IMG/VR virus record: IMGVR_UViG_3300016662_000119
Coordinates: 270 to 64,269 of that record
DNA: 64,000 nucleotides
Direction: 5' to 3' (one strand)
Source of the DNA: a virus
Taxonomy: Duplodnaviria; Caudoviricetes
Under the pieces are notes generated by a model that searched no databases, was not told the DNA's origin, and saw only the letters and a program-made list of their open reading frames with translations. Positions within the stretch are counted from its first letter, which is position 1; each line of letters starts with the position of its first letter. Made by a program: the position numbers and the translations under genes. Shown here in pieces: positions 8,488 through 18,847 of this stretch.

Positions 8488-10464
8488 TCATGTAATCGCC
8501 GCTCCCAGCTCGATGTACGGCAAAGGATGCGTGCCGTCATAAAAGTAGATGCCTGTCGAGAGCAAATCGTAGCCAGCTGCCCCAGCCGCACGACCAGGAC
8601 TTTGTAGGATATTGAAGGTGCCGGTAACACCCGACAGTGCGCCGGTGAAGGTGGCGGCACCGGCAATGATCTTGAATTGCGGCGTGTAAATATCGCCGTT
8701 CGGATCGAAGCGCGCATATTTTCCTGCAGCGTAATTGCCCATCAGCATTCCAGCCTCACTCAAATGAAAGCCGTAGCCGCCATTGCTCGGCCATCCCCAG
8801 GCACCTGATGGATAGCCTGGGCCGCCATGGATGGTGGTGGCGGAAATATCACCCGCTGTCACCTTACCCAAGATACCGGACACAGCAGCTAGATCGTCGA
8901 CCGCCAACGCCTTTGCTGCCACCGTGCCGGGAACCAGCAAATTGCCATTCAATACGGTGTCGGCAGCCAGCCACTCGCCATTTACAAAGAACTTCGTCAC
9001 TGCATGCGTGGCGTCATGCAAGGTGACCACATCCCGGTTGATCGGCGCGCCGTAGCCGGCCTTGCCAATTTCATACACGGCCGAGGCGTCCGACCATGCC
9101 GAATAGCCGGGCGCCGTCACTGTGACGGTACCGCGCTGGCCGGATGGCCCGGCTACGCCCTGCCCCCCACGGAACTTCGACCAGGTGTAGTCCGCCTTGT
9201 TGGTGCTGGCGGCCGCACTGGGCTTGTTGACGGCCAGGCCCAGGTACAGGGTGCTGTCGCGGGGCGTGTCGTACAGCCCGGTGCCGTCGGCATTGTCCGC
9301 ATACTTGATCCAGGTGTAAGTAGTCTTGCCGTCCGCTCCGTCCGCTCCGTCGGCACCGTTCGCACCGTCGCCGCCTTTGATCAGGGACCACGCATAATCT
9401 GCCGGGTTGTCGCTCTCGACCGCCGTCGCCTTGTTGTAGGCCAGGCCGATATAGCTCATGTCGACGGGCGAGTCCGAAAAGCCGCCTCCGGCAGCGGTAT
9501 TGCCATACTTGACCCAGGTGTAGGTCGTCACGCCGTCGGCGGCCAGACGTGCGGCGGCCGACCATTCGCCAGGGGTGATATCGTCGGTTGCCGCGCGCGA
9601 CGCGGCCGTGGCGCCGGAGGTGAACAGGTAGGCACCGCCTGCCGTCGGCACTTGCGTCGACCAGCCGTTGTTCAAGCCGGCGAGCGCGCCCGATGCAAAG
9701 GTGAACGTGCATGCCGCGCTCGGCAGCTCCGGCGCAATATTGCTGGCGCCACGCTGGTAGATGCGCACGGGCGCTACATTCAAGCCATCCATGCCGTTTT
9801 GGCCGTTGCTGCCATCGGCACCGGCAGCGCCGTCCTTGGCCAGCTGCACGGCCCCCGACCACTCATTGGCGGCGATATTGTCCGTGGCATTGCGCGAACT
9901 GGCCGCCGACACGCATACGTACAGCGGCGCGGTACCGGCTGGAATGACCTTCGACCAGCCATGGGCCAGGTCGTTGCCGGCGGGCGTGGTGATGGCGGCC
10001 GTGGCAAACGTAAAGACCACGTCGCCCGGCGAATCCGTGGGAACGGCAGCCGAGCGCTTGTAGGCGAAGGCCTGGCCAGTGTTCAGGCCAGCCAGCCCCG
10101 TATCGCCCGCGACGCCATCGAATACCTTGCTGATCATATAGCTACCGATGTAGTCGACGCCGAATTCGCGGATGCGCGCCTGCACCAGGGCCGTATCTGT
10201 GGTCATGGTGGCAAAATCGACCGTGGCCACGTTGCCGTTGACGCTCAGCTGCGTGCCATCAGACACCGAAAACACGATATCGCCGACCACGTTCACTGGT
10301 TTGGCGGTGATGGCAATCGAGCCGGGCGCGCCGGCGCCGGCGCTGTTCACGCGAAACACTGGCGTGCTGCCAGTCAGCAGGATCGCCTTGCCGTCGGCCG
10401 TTGTGCTGAAGCGCTCCGCCGTGGCCTGCAGCAGCGTATCGCGCGCACCGCCGATAGCCGTCAT
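8488..10464 (-). CDS. Tail fibre/host-specificity protein with duplicated domains and collagen-like linkers
   Basis: ATG at 10464 (ATGA overlap). Two copies each of two modules, with GxY runs (GAAGADGSNGQNGMDG; GDGANGADGADGADGK). Confidence 0.8.
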   Translation of the reverse strand: MTAIGGARDTLLQATAERFSTTADGKAILLTGSTPVFRVNSAGAGAPGSIAITAKPVNVVGDIVFSVSDGTQLSVNGNVATVDFATMTTDTALVQARIREFGVDYIGSYMISKVFDGVAGDTGLAGLNTGQAFAYKRSAAVPTDSPGDVVFTFATAAITTPAGNDLAHGWSKVIPAGTAPLYVCVSAASSRNATDNIAANEWSGAVQLAKDGAAGADGSNGQNGMDGLNVAPVRIYQRGASNIAPELPSAACTFTFASGALAGLNNGWSTQVPTAGGAYLFTSGATAASRAATDDITPGEWSAAARLAADGVTTYTWVKYGNTAAGGGFSDSPVDMSYIGLAYNKATAVESDNPADYAWSLIKGGDGANGADGADGADGKTTYTWIKYADNADGTGLYDTPRDSTLYLGLAVNKPSAAASTNKADYTWSKFRGGQGVAGPSGQRGTVTVTAPGYSAWSDASAVYEIGKAGYGAPINRDVVTLHDATHAVTKFFVNGEWLAADTVLNGNLLVPGTVAAKALAVDDLAAVSGILGKVTAGDISATTIHGGPGYPSGAWGWPSNGGYGFHLSEAGMLMGNYAAGKYARFDPNGDIYTPQFKIIAGAATFTGALSGVTGTFNILQSPGRAAGAAGYDLLSTGIYFYDGTHPLPYIELGAAIT

Positions 10465-11927
10465 ACCAGCACTCCTACCGTCACGCGCCCAGCCAGCCAT
10501 TGGTGTGACAGCATCACCACCACGCCCGGCACGCCATCCTGCAGGCCGAATCGATCATCGCGCAGCACCACGGGCTGCCCCAGTTCCAGCATCATCTCAG
10601 GCTCTCCGTCGAATTCGTATATCGTGCGCTGCACCTTGTTCAAGGCAAGGCGCCGCGCCGCTTCCGCCTTGGCGTCTGCGTTGGTCTTGAGGCAGGTTTC
10701 AATTTGCGGCGGGTCGTCGGTCAGCCGGTACCGCGCCTTGACCGCAGTATCGACAGCCGTTTCCGTCAGCCACTCCGTCGCGTACAGGTCGGCATGCGCC
10801 GGCGGAATGCTGGTGGTCAGGCTGGCCTGCACGGTGTAGTTTCGGTCGAAGGCGATCTTGACGGCCGCCACCACCGGCAAGCGCTGCACCGGGCGCAGGG
10901 AATCGAGCCGCATGTGTTCGGGACCGATCTCCACCGGAATGCCAGCGGCCGGCAGCGCGATCTGCACCAGGCGCAGCTGGCCGGTGCGCGACATGACCGC
11001 CTGGGCGCCCACGCTGGCCGCCAGCTGCTGGATGGCCAGCGCCTGGTTCATCCGGTCCGCAACGTACAGGCCCACCAGCTGCGGGTGAGCGGCGTCGAAG
11101 GCGGCCAGGTTGTCCAGGTCGAGGTCGGCCAGGGTGAAGCGGTCGGACGCCTTGCCGTAAGCCGTGGCGATGCGCTGCACCAGCGGGGCAATGCGCGGCG
11201 CATAACCGCCGCCCTTGTCACCCTGCACGCTGACCGTGATGGCCGCCGAATACGGCGGCGTGGTGAGGTTGAAGCGCCCCGCCTGATCATTCAAGGCAAC
11301 AGCAATCGGCTTGCCGTTCGTGCGCACCTCGAAGCTCGACTCGACGGCGCCGAGGAAACCATATTCCAGGGTAACCGGGTCAGTCAGCAGCGGCGTGACG
11401 TTGTGGCATTCGCCGAACGGCACCGGCAATGTCGCGTCCTTGTTCGGCGTTGTACCGCCCAGCTTGGTCTCGGTGATGGGGGTATCCAGGCGCTGCAGCT
11501 TGTCGCGCAGCGACAGGTTGATCGATTCGCGCGCGGAACTGCCGATATCGGCAACGATGCCGTCAAAAATCAGCCGAAAATCGCTGCGCGGCCAGGCCGG
11601 ATCGCCGGACCAGGCCTTGATGGGGCGGTTGCGCCAGACGTCGGCGAGCCAGCCATCAAGCGCGCCATCGCCGTTGTCGAGCTCAATATCCCCGCCCGAT
11701 AAGCCAGCCTCGCCGGTCAGGCTGACCTGCTCGGTGAAGGCCAGACCGCCGGTGGCCAGCGGCAGGTACTCGACGTTGGGCGGGATATCGGCCGGGCCGG
11801 TAACATACGGCCAGGAGGAGATAAACCGCGTCTGTTCGACGCCCCCCACATTCACCTGCACCTCGATCAGCACCATGCGGGTGGCCGACGAGCTTTGCAG
11901 CCATGCCAGAAATTGCGCATCATTCAT
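10461..11927 (-). CDS. Tail tip/hub protein
   Basis: 488 aa ORF immediately after the tape measure gene. Confidence 0.75.
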   Translation of the reverse strand: MNDAQFLAWLQSSSATRMVLIEVQVNVGGVEQTRFISSWPYVTGPADIPPNVEYLPLATGGLAFTEQVSLTGEAGLSGGDIELDNGDGALDGWLADVWRNRPIKAWSGDPAWPRSDFRLIFDGIVADIGSSARESINLSLRDKLQRLDTPITETKLGGTTPNKDATLPVPFGECHNVTPLLTDPVTLEYGFLGAVESSFEVRTNGKPIAVALNDQAGRFNLTTPPYSAAITVSVQGDKGGGYAPRIAPLVQRIATAYGKASDRFTLADLDLDNLAAFDAAHPQLVGLYVADRMNQALAIQQLAASVGAQAVMSRTGQLRLVQIALPAAGIPVEIGPEHMRLDSLRPVQRLPVVAAVKIAFDRNYTVQASLTTSIPPAHADLYATEWLTETAVDTAVKARYRLTDDPPQIETCLKTNADAKAEAARRLALNKVQRTIYEFDGEPEMMLELGQPVVLRDDRFGLQDGVPGVVVMLSHQWLAGRVTVGVLV

Positions 11928-14900
11928 TGAGAGTACTCCACTCGTTTTGCCCAGGCAGCTGCCTTGGCGGATTTATCGACACCGGCCACGACCGTCTTCG
12001 CTGCTTTGTCGTTCGATTCGACCGTGGCCTGGATGGCGGCGCCGGTTTGCTTGGCCTGATCGGCGCGCAGGCCCTTGGTCTCAACTGTTTGGGCATCCAG
12101 CCTGGCGTTCAAGGCGCGGATTTCAGCGACCAATGCGTCGGACCCAACATTCGAGCCAGCCGAATAGCGCATGACATCGAAAACTACGGGGGCCGGAGCG
12201 CTAGAAAACGCGACTGGCGCAGCAACGGCTGGCGCATTAGTAAATTCCACACCCAACCCGCTCGACACACCCATCGCCGCCTGCAGGTTGGCGATGGCTT
12301 GCGCCACCGTCAGCACGCTGTCGTTGATGGTGATCAGGCCCGATACCTGGGCCTTCAGGGCATCCAGGCTGGCCTGCTGCACGTCGACCTGGGCCGAGGC
12401 CCATTTCAACGCCTCGTCGTTGGCCGCCACTACGCGAGCGTAATCTGCCGCGTAGCGTGCATCCGAAGCGTTGACCACCTGGGATGCCGTCAGGAAGGCC
12501 TGCTCGGCAGCCGACAGGCCGGACTGTGCCGTCGTGTCGCCGGCATTGGCCGCCGCCAGGGTCTTCTCGAACTGGGCCCGCGCCTCGGCGTACTTTTGCT
12601 CTGGCGTCAGCGTCGACTGGCTGCCCAGGGCCATGTTGGCGTTCAGGCCGTTGAGGGTGTCCACCCACGATTTCGACTTGTCCAGCGCCGTCTTGGCCGC
12701 TGCCGCCTCGGTGTCGTAGGCCTTGGCCAGCGCATCCTTGGCCGATACAACGGCCTTGGCCGCCTGCACCTGGTCGAACAGCGCCCGGTTGACGTCGGCG
12801 ATGCCGGCGCGCTGGATCGCCAGCAACTCCGTTTCGCTTTTCGTCAATTCGTTGAGCTGTTGCTGCAGGTCTCGACGCTCGCTGGCGATCTCGCTGGCAG
12901 TTTTCGCCACGGCAGCAAAGTCGCCGGTTGCCGCCGCCAGCTCAGCCGCGTAGTCGGCCGCCTTCTTGAACGGCTCAGCAATGGCGATCAACTGCGAATA
13001 CATCGCCTGGCCGGCAGCCGTGTTCAGGTCCTGCGCCAGCACCAGGGCCTTGAACTGCTCCACCGTCGTCACGCCAGACTGCCCCAGCCTGCCCATGGCG
13101 TCATTCACCGACTTGGTAATCGGCGCCATGCGCTCGGCTTCGGTCAGGAAATTCTCGACGAAGAAGCCGGTACCGCTGGTCAGCTTATCCAGGCCGCCGG
13201 CCGCAGCGATCAGGCTTTCGCTGAGCGCCACCGCCCCCAAGCCCGTGGTATTGAACGACTTGCCCAGCACGGCCAGTACGTCGGATACCTGCATAAAGTC
13301 GTTGGTGACGCGCACCAGCGTTTCCAGGTAGCCCTCGCCCACCGCCTGATACTGCTGCAGGCCGGCCACGCCGAACTTGGCCATGTCGTCGCCCAGCTTG
13401 GAAAAGGCCGTTTCCAGCGCCTTTTGCTGTTCTTCGCCCGACAGGTCTTTCAGACTGATCTTGCCCAGGTCAATCACAAAGGTATTGAGCTTGGCGTTGA
13501 AGGCTTCGCCGCCAAGGCCCAGCACGTCGGCCGCGCTGCGGATGGTCTGTCCCATGCTGCTGATGATCATGGTGAACTGGTCGTTCATTTCATCCGACAG
13601 CGCTGCCGTTTTGGTGCTGTCCTTGCTGCTGTAGCTGATGCCGAAGGCCTTTTTCTTGGTGTTGACATCGGCATACGCCTGGGCCGTAAAGCCCAGCGCA
13701 TCTACATTCCCCAGCGACATGGCCTTGCCGGTGATACCCTGGTCCTTGATTGAGGTCGAGGTGTTGAACAGTTTCGACACGACGCCACCGAGCACCGAAC
13801 CGAGCACAGCCCCAACGGCCAAGCCCAGCGGGCCGCCAATGGCCGCCATGCCCATCCCCAGATAAGTGCCGAGTGCCGCGCCGCCGACGCCGCCAGCCAG
13901 CGTACCGGCTGCCATGCCCAAGCTGCCGCCCAGAATGGTCGTGCCAGTTTGCACCCCTGCCGCAGCGCCGCCACCAGCAGCGGTCACACCGGAGCGCGCC
14001 AGCAGTCCCGCCAGATTACCGATACCTGACACCATCTGTTTCAGGGATAAATCCATCGAAATGGTATGCGCCAGGCCCAGGCCGCTGTTTTTCTCCATAA
14101 TGGCCAGCGAATGGGCAATCGATTCTGATTTCGCGGATGAGTCGCCCAGGATGGAGCCGGTACCGGTGGCGGCCTGGCGATCCTTCGCAGTGGTATCCGA
14201 TCCACCGCCGCCAGAGACGGCGAAGCCCAAGGCCGCCATCGCCGCCGCCATTGCAGCCATACGAATCCAAGCACTGTAAGGATCTCCCTGCGCTTGCGTT
14301 GCCACGGCGACGGCTGCAGCAGATGTGCCTTTTACTGTGTCGGCTGCAATTTGCGTTGCGGTGCCGGCCTGAATCGCGACTGTTTTCGCGGCCTCAGCAC
14401 CGAGCGTTGCAGTAGTCACAACTTCGACGGCAAACAACTTCTTCACCATCGATTCGATGGCCATCGCCATTTCCACGGCGCGGTAAGCTCTTTCCGCCCC
14501 TTCCATTGCCCGATAGCCGGCGGTGTTTTCCTTGAAAAATCCCTTAGCTGAGTTGGCCATATCACCATAGGATTTGATCTGCGCCTGCGCGCCCTGCTGG
14601 GCAGCGGCGGCCTGAGCCTTGGCTAACTTTGTCGGATCGCCATATGCATCTTTGGTAGCGACCGCCAACTGCGCAGCAATAGCCTGCTGTTGGACGGCAT
14701 AGCCAGATAAAGCCGTCGTGAGCCCGCCGATGGCAGTGCCTACCGCGCCGAACGAGGCCGTCATACCTTGCGCTGCCGACTTCGTTGCGGTATCGACAGC
14801 CGTCAGGATATCCAGCAGTTCCTTGGCCCTGGCCACATCGCCGCCCCGCTCTTGCGCCGAAGCCTTGCCTTGCACGATGCCAAGGCGTTTCATCGCTTCA

Positions 14901-17590
14901 ATCTTGCGATTAATGCCATCGATGACCTTCTCATTGCCATCGAAACTAGCAAGGGCCGCTTTTTGCTCTTCAAGGTCAGCGACAGCCAAAGCTGTCTTTT
15001 GCGCCGGCAACAAGCCGTAGGTGCGGATTTGCTCCTCTGTGACGGCGATCTGCGCATTAATCGCGCCAATCTCTTTATTGGTTGCCAGTACCGCCGCCTC
15101 ACTAAGCGCGTCCTTACGCAGCATTTCCTCCATTTCCGTAAGTTCGACGGCATCAGCTGCCCGCAAAATTGCCGCTGCGCGTTTAGCATCTAAATCATTT
15201 GCCTTTTTACTATTTTTTTCTGCCTCTACGCCAGTAGCGTTATGGTGATCTTTGAGGACTGCAATTTGCCTGGTATAGCCATTAATTTCCTCTTGTTCAG
15301 CGGCCCGCGCATTGTCACGTTTATTCTTAAAGTATTCCTCATCGCCAAGTCGCCCTGCCTTATGGAACATCTCGTTAATCTTGGCAAGCTGTCCAATTCT
15401 CTCTTTTTCGAGATTCACATCATCCTGGATGCGGGCTAGGCGATCCGCCATCGCGGTGTTTTCGACTTGGTCGGGCTTTACGCCGGCCGGCTTCTTCGAA
15501 AACTCTTTGATTGTTGCGAGGCGGCGCGCCTCGATGGCTTCCGGCGTGATCATCGCTTGAATAAGTGGGTCTTCCGATTTCAAATCGATAAGCCCTTGCT
15601 GTGTCCTCCGGTTCTTTTCCAGCTCGACATTCAGACGGCCGAGTGACTCTTCCTTGCGCTTGTCGTCGGCCGCCAGCATGCGTTGCATATCATGCATCAA
15701 AGCTGATTTTTTTTGCTGCTCGTCACCTTGTGCAATAGCTTGCGCTTCGGCAATATTCAGTTTCTCAACAGCTGCCGTTAATCCCAGGACAATTTTAGTG
15801 CGCGTCGCATCCATTTCTGGCGAGATGGTTCCTGGCGCCCGGCCCAGGCGAACATTGCTTTCTTCTAGTTGCTGGTCAAAGTGACTCAAGCGGAAACTGT
15901 AAGCGTCAACATCCTTGGCCAGTGAGCCTTTCTTGGCGAAATCACCAATTGCAGACATCGCCTCGCCGATGGCTTCGGTGACAGCATGCCAAGCAGTTGC
16001 CACTGACCCTAGATTTTTCACCATCTTCTCAGCACCGTCTTTCGTTGCCTTTGCAAATTCTTCCGTTGCCAAAGCAGATGCCGCCTTTTGCTCCCCTTCT
16101 TTTTCCAAGGCGCGAATATGCGCAAACACTTCGATTGTCAAGAAGTGATAGGTATCGTCAAGCTTCAATGCAGCCCGGGTAATTGCCTCGGTGGAGCGCG
16201 CGCCATTACCTGTCATTTGCACAGCCAGCGACTCAAATTCTGCAATGGTCTTTTTAATGGAGCTACTGCCAGCATGCTCAAGCGCAATGACGGCATCGGT
16301 AATGTAGGCGATCTGATCGCCCGTAAATTTGCCGGTGCCGGCCAACTCTGTAACGACCTTCTTGGCCTCACGGATACTCCCACCTGCCTCAGTCGCGGCA
16401 TGCGCCATTTCGTTCAGTTTGTCGCTGGTAACGCCTGCATAGTTGTTTGTCGAGATCAGGGCATTGTTCATTTCACGTTGCTCGCTTGCACCTTTGATCA
16501 TTGCGTAGCCGACCGTGCCCAGTGCGCCAGCAAACGCCAGTGCGGCCAGGCCGGCTGCGCTGAACAGCAGGCTGGCGGCGCCAGTTTGTTCGCCGAGGAC
16601 CATCATCGAGCCGCCAAAACGCTGGAACTGGCCCTGGCTCAGCTCATGGGCGAGCACGAGCAGTTCGCGCTTGGCGCTCGCCGATTGAAAACTCAGGCCC
16701 TCCATATGGCCGCCCGCCGACTTTGCGCCGGCGCCCGCCTCGGCCAGCTTGTTGATCAGCGGTGAAGCGGCGTCGGATACGCCCAACTGGGCGGCGCGGT
16801 AGGTTTGTAGCTGCTGGGTCGTCATTCCCAGCGTGGCCACTTGGTCCTGCAGGTTCTTGATAAAACGATCACCAGCGGCTGCTGCCCGATCCTGCGCTCC
16901 CGCTGCATCGCGGGCGGCCCGCTCTTCGCGGTGCATGGCATCTATGCTATTGCCTAATGCCGCTGCCTTGGTCTGGGCCGCACTACCCAGGCCCAATTCG
17001 GCGGCGCGATAGCGCTCCAGTTCACCGCGCGCCATGCCGAAAGTATCGATCTCGCGCTGAAGCTGCATCAGCATTCTGTGATTGGACTCTTCCAGGGTCC
17101 GAGCTGCGTCGGCGGCCTGCCGCATGATGCGGGTCGTGTCGGCCATCGCACCGTTGTAGTCAGCCTGCTTCTTCCAAGTACGCTCGGTGGCATTGCCAAG
17201 ACTATCAATCCCTGCAGCGGCAGCCTCACTGCTACGCCAGACGCCCATCGACGAACCCATGAAGCCGTCGAGCGTGTTGCTACCACCGAGGAAGACCGTG
17301 CGAATGCGGGTGGCGGTGGCGCCCATCGCGTCGATAGAAGCGGTCGCAGCATCCACCTTTTGGACCACGCGCGCGCCTGCCTCGCCCACAGCATCGACAG
17401 CGGCTGCACCTTCCGCAGTTTTGCCCTTGGCGTCCGCGCTCGCCTTGCCAAGTTTGTCTATGGCCGTCGTCGCGCTGTCGACCTTCTTCTCGACACTCTC
17501 ACTGGCGGCGCCGAGGCGATCCATGGCCTGGGCGCCCTGCTCCAGTTGGCGTGTATCAATCGAAAGTCCTAGTTCGGCAATGTCTGGCAT
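11924..17590 (-). CDS. Tail length tape measure protein
   Basis: About 1888 aa from MPDIAELGLSIDT. Ala-rich and helical, with a lambda-type segment (RELLVLAHELSQGQFQRFGGSMMVLGEQ) and hydrophobic stretches. Confidence 0.92.
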   Translation of the reverse strand: MPDIAELGLSIDTRQLEQGAQAMDRLGAASESVEKKVDSATTAIDKLGKASADAKGKTAEGAAAVDAVGEAGARVVQKVDAATASIDAMGATATRIRTVFLGGSNTLDGFMGSSMGVWRSSEAAAAGIDSLGNATERTWKKQADYNGAMADTTRIMRQAADAARTLEESNHRMLMQLQREIDTFGMARGELERYRAAELGLGSAAQTKAAALGNSIDAMHREERAARDAAGAQDRAAAAGDRFIKNLQDQVATLGMTTQQLQTYRAAQLGVSDAASPLINKLAEAGAGAKSAGGHMEGLSFQSASAKRELLVLAHELSQGQFQRFGGSMMVLGEQTGAASLLFSAAGLAALAFAGALGTVGYAMIKGASEQREMNNALISTNNYAGVTSDKLNEMAHAATEAGGSIREAKKVVTELAGTGKFTGDQIAYITDAVIALEHAGSSSIKKTIAEFESLAVQMTGNGARSTEAITRAALKLDDTYHFLTIEVFAHIRALEKEGEQKAASALATEEFAKATKDGAEKMVKNLGSVATAWHAVTEAIGEAMSAIGDFAKKGSLAKDVDAYSFRLSHFDQQLEESNVRLGRAPGTISPEMDATRTKIVLGLTAAVEKLNIAEAQAIAQGDEQQKKSALMHDMQRMLAADDKRKEESLGRLNVELEKNRRTQQGLIDLKSEDPLIQAMITPEAIEARRLATIKEFSKKPAGVKPDQVENTAMADRLARIQDDVNLEKERIGQLAKINEMFHKAGRLGDEEYFKNKRDNARAAEQEEINGYTRQIAVLKDHHNATGVEAEKNSKKANDLDAKRAAAILRAADAVELTEMEEMLRKDALSEAAVLATNKEIGAINAQIAVTEEQIRTYGLLPAQKTALAVADLEEQKAALASFDGNEKVIDGINRKIEAMKRLGIVQGKASAQERGGDVARAKELLDILTAVDTATKSAAQGMTASFGAVGTAIGGLTTALSGYAVQQQAIAAQLAVATKDAYGDPTKLAKAQAAAAQQGAQAQIKSYGDMANSAKGFFKENTAGYRAMEGAERAYRAVEMAMAIESMVKKLFAVEVVTTATLGAEAAKTVAIQAGTATQIAADTVKGTSAAAVAVATQAQGDPYSAWIRMAAMAAAMAALGFAVSGGGGSDTTAKDRQAATGTGSILGDSSAKSESIAHSLAIMEKNSGLGLAHTISMDLSLKQMVSGIGNLAGLLARSGVTAAGGGAAAGVQTGTTILGGSLGMAAGTLAGGVGGAALGTYLGMGMAAIGGPLGLAVGAVLGSVLGGVVSKLFNTSTSIKDQGITGKAMSLGNVDALGFTAQAYADVNTKKKAFGISYSSKDSTKTAALSDEMNDQFTMIISSMGQTIRSAADVLGLGGEAFNAKLNTFVIDLGKISLKDLSGEEQQKALETAFSKLGDDMAKFGVAGLQQYQAVGEGYLETLVRVTNDFMQVSDVLAVLGKSFNTTGLGAVALSESLIAAAGGLDKLTSGTGFFVENFLTEAERMAPITKSVNDAMGRLGQSGVTTVEQFKALVLAQDLNTAAGQAMYSQLIAIAEPFKKAADYAAELAAATGDFAAVAKTASEIASERRDLQQQLNELTKSETELLAIQRAGIADVNRALFDQVQAAKAVVSAKDALAKAYDTEAAAAKTALDKSKSWVDTLNGLNANMALGSQSTLTPEQKYAEARAQFEKTLAAANAGDTTAQSGLSAAEQAFLTASQVVNASDARYAADYARVVAANDEALKWASAQVDVQQASLDALKAQVSGLITINDSVLTVAQAIANLQAAMGVSSGLGVEFTNAPAVAAPVAFSSAPAPVVFDVMRYSAGSNVGSDALVAEIRALNARLDAQTVETKGLRADQAKQTGAAIQATVESNDKAAKTVVAGVDKSAKAAAWAKRVEYSQ

Positions 17591-17601
17591 AGGTCGCCCA
17601 T

Positions 17602-17656
17602 AAAAAAACCCGCTCAAGGCGGGCTGAAGTCATAAAAAAGCCACCCTAAGGTGGCT
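17602..17656 (-). terminator. Two tandem Rho-independent terminators upstream of the tape measure gene
   Basis: AAAAAAACCCGCTCAAGGCGGG and AAAAAAGCCACCCTAAGGTGGCT. Confidence 0.7.
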
Positions 17657-17688
17657 GCGGTCGCATGGGCCAGATTTATCTGACCAAA

Positions 17689-18027
17689 CTAATAACTAAA
17701 ATCTCCTGCCAAGCATTTTTTGTAGCCTACCAAGCGAGCACTCTTTGAATCTAACTTGACTGTGAATACATATCTTGCAACGTTTTCGAATAATCGCTCT
17801 TTCGCCAACTCGTTCTTTATCTCTTCATTGGTCGGCATCTTGGTTCGCTTAGGTGCATTTCTTTTGGTGTAGTCTTTTATATCTTGCTCGGTACCACCGA
17901 CTTCCATAGTCCTTGCATAACCCTCAGCCAACTCCCCGACCATAAGGCAATAGCCATCACTCGGTGCCGCCGAAGCGCTGCCAAGAAATAACCCGCCCAC
18001 CATAAATGCAAAGAAAAATTGCCTCAC
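17689..18027 (-). CDS. Secreted Cys-pair protein A (paralog of 49680..50012)
   Basis: GGAGG RBS then GTG at 18027. Signal peptide (SASA-AP) and motifs YCL...MEVGGTE...ARLVGYKKCLAGDF. Confidence 0.8.
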   Translation of the reverse strand: MRQFFFAFMVGGLFLGSASAAPSDGYCLMVGELAEGYARTMEVGGTEQDIKDYTKRNAPKRTKMPTNEEIKNELAKERLFENVARYVFTVKLDSKSARLVGYKKCLAGDFSY

Positions 18028-18115
18028 ATGCCCTCCTGTTTTCAAGGAGGCAATCTTACACCAGCACCAATAGCCGCCGGCATTTCTGCGGGCGGCTATT
18101 GATGTCGCTAATTCC

Positions 18116-18847
18116 TTATTTTTTCTCCGGCCCTGCAAGCGTCCCGGGTATTTCAAAACCGAGCAACTCTGGCTGGTCATCATCACCCGTCAGCTCCTGC
18201 TTATTCGCGCCGATCCTTAACCAGTCGGCGCGCGTATCGTTGCCAAGGAGAAGTCGATCAATAAATTGCTCAGCTTCCACGACCTGAGCCTTGGTCATAA
18301 CTGCAAACCTGGGAGAGCCCGCATAGAAATTCATGGTCTGGTAGACCTTGTGGAACGGCAATCGATGCTTCACCATGGCGCGAACGGCAGCGATCAGCAG
18401 CGGCTCGCGGTCACGCACCGAGCTGAGTTCTGGCTCTTCGATGCCTTTATCAGCAAGACGACCTTCACGACGCTGGAAATAATGATCTTCGAGGGCAGCG
18501 AACACGCCCCACGCCTGATCCGTCTCGATCATCTTTGCGTGGCGTGCGGCGCCTCGCTCAGTCCAAAGCATGAGGGAACGAGTCTTTGCTGAGATTTGTG
18601 ACCCACTTAAAGTTGGTCGCAAATCTGCCAGTGCTTTACCCGACACCTTGAAGAAGTGCACGCCCTGCTCGAACCGCGCCAAGTTGCGCGTGTGGTTCAT
18701 TTGGATATTTTTTACATCAGTGCCATACATCTGCGCCAGCAGCTCCGTAGTAATTACCTTTGCCCCGCCCCACACAAGTGCCGGCAGTGATTCAGCCTCG
18801 ACTGCGCGAATTGCATCCAGTTCCGCTCCTCGCGGTGGCGCGCTCAT
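18116..18847 (-). CDS. ORF6N-domain DNA-binding/antirepressor-like protein
   Basis: VITTELLAQMYGT...RNLARFEQGVHFFKV...LMLWTERGAARHAKMIETDQAW. Confidence 0.85.
   Translation of the reverse strand: MSAPPRGAELDAIRAVEAESLPALVWGGAKVITTELLAQMYGTDVKNIQMNHTRNLARFEQGVHFFKVSGKALADLRPTLSGSQISAKTRSLMLWTERGAARHAKMIETDQAWGVFAALEDHYFQRREGRLADKGIEEPELSSVRDREPLLIAAVRAMVKHRLPFHKVYQTMNFYAGSPRFAVMTKAQVVEAEQFIDRLLLGNDTRADWLRIGANKQELTGDDDQPELLGFEIPGTLAGPEKK

Noticed and set aside
5314-10464. Diversity-generating retroelement or invertible tail-fibre cassette
   Set aside because: No reverse transcriptase or invertase gene, and no near-identical template/variable or inverted DNA repeats were seen. The internal repeats are diverged at the protein level.
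9004-13753. Very long plus-strand ORFs (9004..10839, 10704..11702, 11903..13753) and similar ones at 22103, 27243, 32296 and 56192
   Set aside because: They are antisense shadows of GC-rich minus- or plus-strand genes, with Arg/Gly/Ala-biased translations and no motifs.
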